Source: a virus
Taxonomy: Duplodnaviria > Caudoviricetes
IMG/VR virus record: IMGVR_UViG_3300021411_000009
Location: 1-49,009 of that record
DNA length: 49,009 nt
Reading direction: 5' to 3' (one strand)
A program made the translations under genes and the position numbers. The notes under the pieces were generated by a model that had not been told where the DNA came from, ran no database searches, and saw only the letters and a program-made list of their open reading frames with translations. Shown one piece after another: positions 45,508 to 49,009 of this stretch (its first letter is position 1; the number at the start of each line of letters is the position of its first letter).

Positions 45508-45825
45508 ATGTACTCCCCCCTAGAACAAGATCTCTCAATTCTTGTGCGAAGATTGGCTAATTGCCTATCTCGCAATCACGCACTCCGCATCTCTTCCCTT
45601 TCATTCCTTGACCGAAAGGGGTTGAATGGAGATTTCATGAGAAGGCATAGTGAAAGACGGTTAACTGCTGAATCCAAAGGATGGGTATTCAAGAAAAATA
45701 AATCGGGCACATTTACAGCACGAAAAAAACGTTCCGATCACTGGGTTAAAATAGGCCCAAAAGATATTTTAGAATTGATTGAAGACATAGAGATAAGCGA
45801 TCGAGAACTAGAACAAACCCAATGA
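45508..45825 (+). CDS. Hypothetical protein
   Basis: 105 aa in the coupled operon. Confidence 0.5.
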   Translation: MYSPLEQDLSILVRRLANCLSRNHALRISSLSFLDRKGLNGDFMRRHSERRLTAESKGWVFKKNKSGTFTARKKRSDHWVKIGPKDILELIEDIEISDRELEQTQ

Positions 45826-46091
45826 CTAATAAGGATTTCATGGAAATAGAGCGAGCAGCAGCTAGGGGCGAAGGAATTACCTATTCCAAAACCCTCCTGG
45901 TGATAGCGCACGCCCGCGAGCTACAGCAGAAGGTATTCTGCGGAGACATGCTCGCCAAAGCTATCCAAGAATATCTTATCGATAAGGATTCAGAAACGAT
46001 TCCTGAAAAGCTTGTCGTGTGGTTCCATAACTACACCCAAAATAAACCTGTCACTAAACTTCCAGGAGTGGAAGCCGAAGCTCAGCCATGA
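45822..46091 (+). CDS. Hypothetical protein
   Basis: 89 aa, ATGA-coupled. Confidence 0.55.
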   Translation: MTNKDFMEIERAAARGEGITYSKTLLVIAHARELQQKVFCGDMLAKAIQEYLIDKDSETIPEKLVVWFHNYTQNKPVTKLPGVEAEAQP

Positions 46092-46342
46092 CAACTACAG
46101 AACAGCTAGAAATAGCACTTAAAGCTATCCAAGAAAAAGGGGATAAGTTTGCCGCGCTGATGCCGGATCGCTTCGAGTTCGATGTGGAGACCAAGCACCA
46201 CAACGATAGAAACCACGCACTTATTGAGAGGCTCAAGAGCGTTCTAGATTCCAAGGGTTATTGCAGCTACGAATCATGGAACAAAGAGTACGACACGAAG
46301 CGCTATACATTTTTTAAACCCCCTGGATTAGCACCTTACTAA
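46088..46342 (+). CDS. Hypothetical protein whose 3' end is duplicated across the HNH gene
   Basis: 84 aa ending TFFKPPGLAPY. Confidence 0.6.
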   Translation: MTTTEQLEIALKAIQEKGDKFAALMPDRFEFDVETKHHNDRNHALIERLKSVLDSKGYCSYESWNKEYDTKRYTFFKPPGLAPY

Positions 46343-46879
46343 TCCCAATCTAGCATTCGTTAATGCAAAATCACCGAATAGCTTGATGGCCGAAGCATCG
46401 TAAGCCAACGCAGCATCTTCTTTATAAGAGAAATAGCCAAGACTAACGTGCTTTCCATTGCAGCATATACGAGCCATCCACTTTCTCCTACCATCATTCC
46501 AACATACTCCCTTAAGTCCGCTGGAACTATCGTTATGCTTCTTTTGATTGGACGCATTTTCAGAACGGGAACAAACCCTAAGATTGGAAATTAAATTATT
46601 TCTCTTATCGCCGTTTGCATGGTCCACATGATTTCCATTCAAAGGTCCTATAAACGCCTCGACTATAAGTCTGTGAACTAGGTGCGTTACTCCTTTTAGT
46701 GCAACCTGATAATATCCGTGGTTGCCCAAAACTAGTTTCATTAGTTTGCCTCTTATAAAATGCCGACTTCCATTTTTGTAATTAACCCACCTATCTAACG
46801 ATCTAACGCGGCCCCAGCTGCTAACCTGATGCTCCTTATGGCTAAAAATCGGACGCCATTCTTCGACTTCATTTTCCAT
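46328..46879 (-). CDS. NUMOD4-HNH-AP2 homing endonuclease
   Basis: EEWRPI..QVSSWGRVRS; VHRLI; VDHANGDKRNNLISNLR; SGLKGV..AALAYD; own TTGACT promoter-like site at 46914-46886. Confidence 0.9.
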   Translation of the reverse strand: MENEVEEWRPIFSHKEHQVSSWGRVRSLDRWVNYKNGSRHFIRGKLMKLVLGNHGYYQVALKGVTHLVHRLIVEAFIGPLNGNHVDHANGDKRNNLISNLRVCSRSENASNQKKHNDSSSGLKGVCWNDGRRKWMARICCNGKHVSLGYFSYKEDAALAYDASAIKLFGDFALTNARLGLVRC

Positions 46880-46912
46880 AAAAAATAATTATGCACCGGA
46901 ATTGCACCAGTC

Positions 46913-46970
46913 AAGTTCACGTTTTACAAACCGCACTTTTTACAAGCCCCCAGGGAGAGCGCCTTACTAA
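46913..46970 (+). repeat. Displaced copies of the 3' end of 46088..46342
   Basis: 46935-46970 encodes TFYKPPGRAPY* (27/36 nt identical to 46307-46342); 46913-46933 encodes KFTFYKP. Confidence 0.85.
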
Positions 46971-46972
46971 CC

Positions 46973-47140
46973 ATGAATAAGTTTATCCAGCCATACATCG
47001 ACGACTACCTAGCAGCCTGGGAGCGGTTCAGGAACGCCAGAGGACTCGTCGTTCTAGTGGAATGCTGGCGAGTGGGGGCTACTTATCGTCAGCTTGTTTT
47101 TGTGCGCCGCGTTTATGAGCAGGTGTCGGGACGAAACTAA
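46973..47140 (+). CDS. 55-aa hypothetical protein (not in ORF track)
   Basis: MNKFIQPYIDDYLAAWERFRNARG...; ATG lies 2 nt after the displaced TAA. Confidence 0.5.
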   Translation: MNKFIQPYIDDYLAAWERFRNARGLVVLVECWRVGATYRQLVFVRRVYEQVSGRN

Positions 47141-47177
47141 GCTTGACCTCCTTTAGGATCTCGGCACAAGCTGGCCA

Positions 47178-47350
47178 CCGAGTTGTTCTAGTTTTAGAGT
47201 TTCTGTTCTTTCGTCGCATAATCGCCGCCCACCTAGAGTTCAGCTACGATGCCGGTTGGCCGCTGTTGATTTGTACTCGCCAGCCCGGTCGGCGTTAATC
47301 GTAGCAACCGGTAACCCCTGATCCGCGCATAACGGTCAGGGGTTTTTCTT
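47178..47350 (+). ncRNA. Candidate small RNA
   Basis: Upstream TTGACC(47143)-18 bp-CAAGCT; U-rich 5' part; long stem 47243-50/47298-305; intrinsic terminator; no plus-strand ORF. Confidence 0.5.
47313..47350 (+). terminator. Intrinsic terminator
   Basis: AACCCCTGA(T)CCG-loop-CGGTCAGGGGTT followed by TTTCTT. Confidence 0.75.
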
Positions 47351-47354
47351 TGGC

Positions 47355-47528
47355 CTAAACTCGGGGCAGATCTTTAGCTCCAGAGCACAAGATTTCTCTC
47401 GCGATCATAGCAAGTCGCCCCTGAAATCTCCGGTCAGCTTCTGCCTTAATCTTGGCGTTAACTGAGGCGGGGACACGCGCAGAGATCTGAACGGTTTTTT
47501 CCTTCTTGGGTTTAGCGGGCGTTCTCAT
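47355..47528 (-). CDS. Ribbon-helix-helix (Arc/CopG-like) DNA-binding protein (not in ORF track)
   Basis: MRTPAKPKKEKTVQISARVPASVNAKIKAEADRRFQGRLAMIAREILCSGAKDLPRV: alternating beta strand then two helices; ATGA overlap. Confidence 0.65.
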   Translation of the reverse strand: MRTPAKPKKEKTVQISARVPASVNAKIKAEADRRFQGRLAMIAREILCSGAKDLPRV

Positions 47529-48094
47529 GTCTGGATAGCCTCAGTCGGCATCAACCTTAAACTTTTGTTGGTCTTGGCGAACTGGCCGAACAGTCTGAGT
47601 GCTGCATCATCGTAGGCTCGGGCGGCTTCCTCGGCCGTGTCGAAGTAGCCGCGAAAAATCGTTTTTCCGTTGAATTTTATGGCAGCCTTCCATTTACCAT
47701 GGTACTTAGACCAGCAAACGCCTTTGAAACCGGATGTATTTGCTTTTAGCATTTTCATGTTCCAATGATTCTGCAAATTCGAGCAAACCCGCAGATTGGA
47801 AAGCAAGTTGTTGGTTCTATTGCCGTCTGCGTGGTCAATATGCTGATCCTTCGTGAGACCAAGAAAAGCAAAACCGACCAGCCGGTGAACCTTGCGCGGT
47901 TTGTTACTAGGCAATATTACATAGTTATATCCATCCGAATCTAAACCAGGTCTCAAAATCTTCCCCTTGTAAAAGCGTCTTCCATTACCTCCTTCTACCC
48001 ATCGATCCAACGACCTAACTCGGCCTAGATTTGAAACCTCGTAACCTTCGTGGCCTAAAATCGGGAGCCATATTTCTTGAATTATGCTTTGCAT
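47525..48094 (-). CDS. NUMOD4-HNH-AP2 homing endonuclease
   Basis: EIWLPI..YEVSNLGRVRS; VHRLV; IDHADGNRTNNLLSNLR; SGFKGV..AARAYD. Confidence 0.9.
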   Translation of the reverse strand: MQSIIQEIWLPILGHEGYEVSNLGRVRSLDRWVEGGNGRRFYKGKILRPGLDSDGYNYVILPSNKPRKVHRLVGFAFLGLTKDQHIDHADGNRTNNLLSNLRVCSNLQNHWNMKMLKANTSGFKGVCWSKYHGKWKAAIKFNGKTIFRGYFDTAEEAARAYDDAALRLFGQFAKTNKSLRLMPTEAIQT

Positions 48095-48096
48095 AT

Positions 48097-49009
48097 TTAA
48101 GACTCAATTGTTGGTTCATAATCTTCTCCATATTTTCCAAACGAAGCAGCAACAGCATTCCTTGCCGTTAATTTTTGTGGATTTCCCATTTTACCGTTCC
48201 CCAAAAGGGGCCTAAGTTCAGGGCTTACCCTAAGCCAGTAAGTTTTGAACGACATATCAGGTTCTGGCGTAGAGTTTATCACTTTAACCATCACGATTGG
48301 ATCATCACCGGTAACCTCTTTACGGTATAGTGTGCCGTAATCGTCCTCCTGCGTAGCGACCGCTCCGGAATCTAGGATATAATCAGCAATACCGGACCTG
48401 TACATGTCGATCATCACGCGCCGAATCTCCATGTTTTGTTCGGCGTCAATCTTAGCGATTGTGATATCCTGTTTTCGTTCTATGATCCAAGCCGGTAGCC
48501 GTACTCCGTGAACTGAATAAAGCGCACTCCCATCGCGCCAGCGGCAGAACGGTCCAGTATCGCAATGAGGACGATTCCGTTCATCCACAAGCAATACTTC
48601 AGGACGATCAGAGATCATGCAAAATTCGGGGTGCATGATCCGAGGTCCACTATGTTCCGTCAGCGTCTCCCAGTGCTGCCATTTTGAATAGTCGATCGGC
48701 AACTTAACGACATGTCTAAAAAAGCTCAAAAATCCGGCCCACGCGCTCCAATGATTTCCGCCACTCCACATACGCCATACGTTTATGGCGCATTGGAGTC
48801 CGAAATTACCCAGCCTAAGCTTCGCGGCGGTTTCGGATTGTTTTTCTTTCAGCACATACCATCTTGAAAGATCGCTGGTCGCAGCGTCGGTCGCAGCGTA
48901 GGTCGCAGCGTAGGTCGCATCGCGGGTCGCAGCGTAGGTCGCATCGCGGGTCGCAGCGTAGGTCGCATCGCTGGTCACATCGCGGGTCGCAGCGCTGGTC
49001 GCAGCGTCG
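48097..49009 (-). CDS. DUF6745-like domain protein with tetrapeptide repeats (5' end outside the window)
   Basis: ISDRP..L.VDERNRPHCDTGP..WRDGSALYSVHGV; NMEIRRVMI; VINSTPEPD..KTYWLRV. The frame stays open beyond the GTG at 48978. Confidence 0.75.
   Translation of the reverse strand, partial: DAATSAATRDVTSDATYAATRDATYAATRDATYAATYAATDAATSDLSRWYVLKEKQSETAAKLRLGNFGLQCAINVWRMWSGGNHWSAWAGFLSFFRHVVKLPIDYSKWQHWETLTEHSGPRIMHPEFCMISDRPEVLLVDERNRPHCDTGPFCRWRDGSALYSVHGVRLPAWIIERKQDITIAKIDAEQNMEIRRVMIDMYRSGIADYILDSGAVATQEDDYGTLYRKEVTGDDPIVMVKVINSTPEPDMSFKTYWLRVSPELRPLLGNGKMGNPQKLTARNAVAASFGKYGEDYEPTIES
48871..49009 (-). repeat. 12-nt tandem repeat encoding (Y/R/D/S)(A/D)AT
   Basis: Units such as GGTCGCAGCGTA and GGTCGCATCGCG repeated about 11 times to the window edge. 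Confidence 0.9.

Noticed and set aside
47194-47210. GTTTTAGAG resembling the start of a Cas9 CRISPR repeat
   Set aside because: Only 9 nt, a single copy, and no spacer array or cas gene.
48871-49009. Tandem repeat as a CRISPR array
   Set aside because: Contiguous 12-nt coding units with no spacers.
1-49009. Stop-codon reassignment
   Set aside because: Long genes are intact in the standard code, and TAA, TAG and TGA all end genes.

Overview
The window is a 49 kb piece of a tailed dsDNA bacteriophage genome with podovirus-like architecture; both ends cut through genes. Positions 1-19.7 kb (minus strand) hold the virion module: major capsid protein, a fibre-anchored esterase, several fibre/decoration proteins, adaptor and nozzle-like tail proteins, a cupin and three probable ejection proteins. 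Divergently (20.4-31.7 kb, plus strand) lie a DnaB helicase, a methyltransferase-like gene, the probable portal and scaffold, four glycosyltransferase-like genes (one fused to an HTH) and a subtilisin-like protein. A short leftward operon and a G-rich non-coding region (33.3-34.1 kb) are followed by about 35 small early/accessory genes. There are six free-standing HNH endonucleases, and at least one appears to have replaced the 3' end of its host gene with a recoded copy. Starts lack Shine-Dalgarno motifs, putative promoters read TTGAC-N16-18-CAnnnT, and an Opitutae-style Ig domain is present, which points tentatively to a Verrucomicrobia/PVC host. Several structured leaders and two candidate sRNAs with a shared U-rich 5' segment were found by eye. 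No large terminase, DNA polymerase, integrase, endolysin, tRNA or CRISPR array was recognised. All product calls come from motif recognition and gene order, not database searches.
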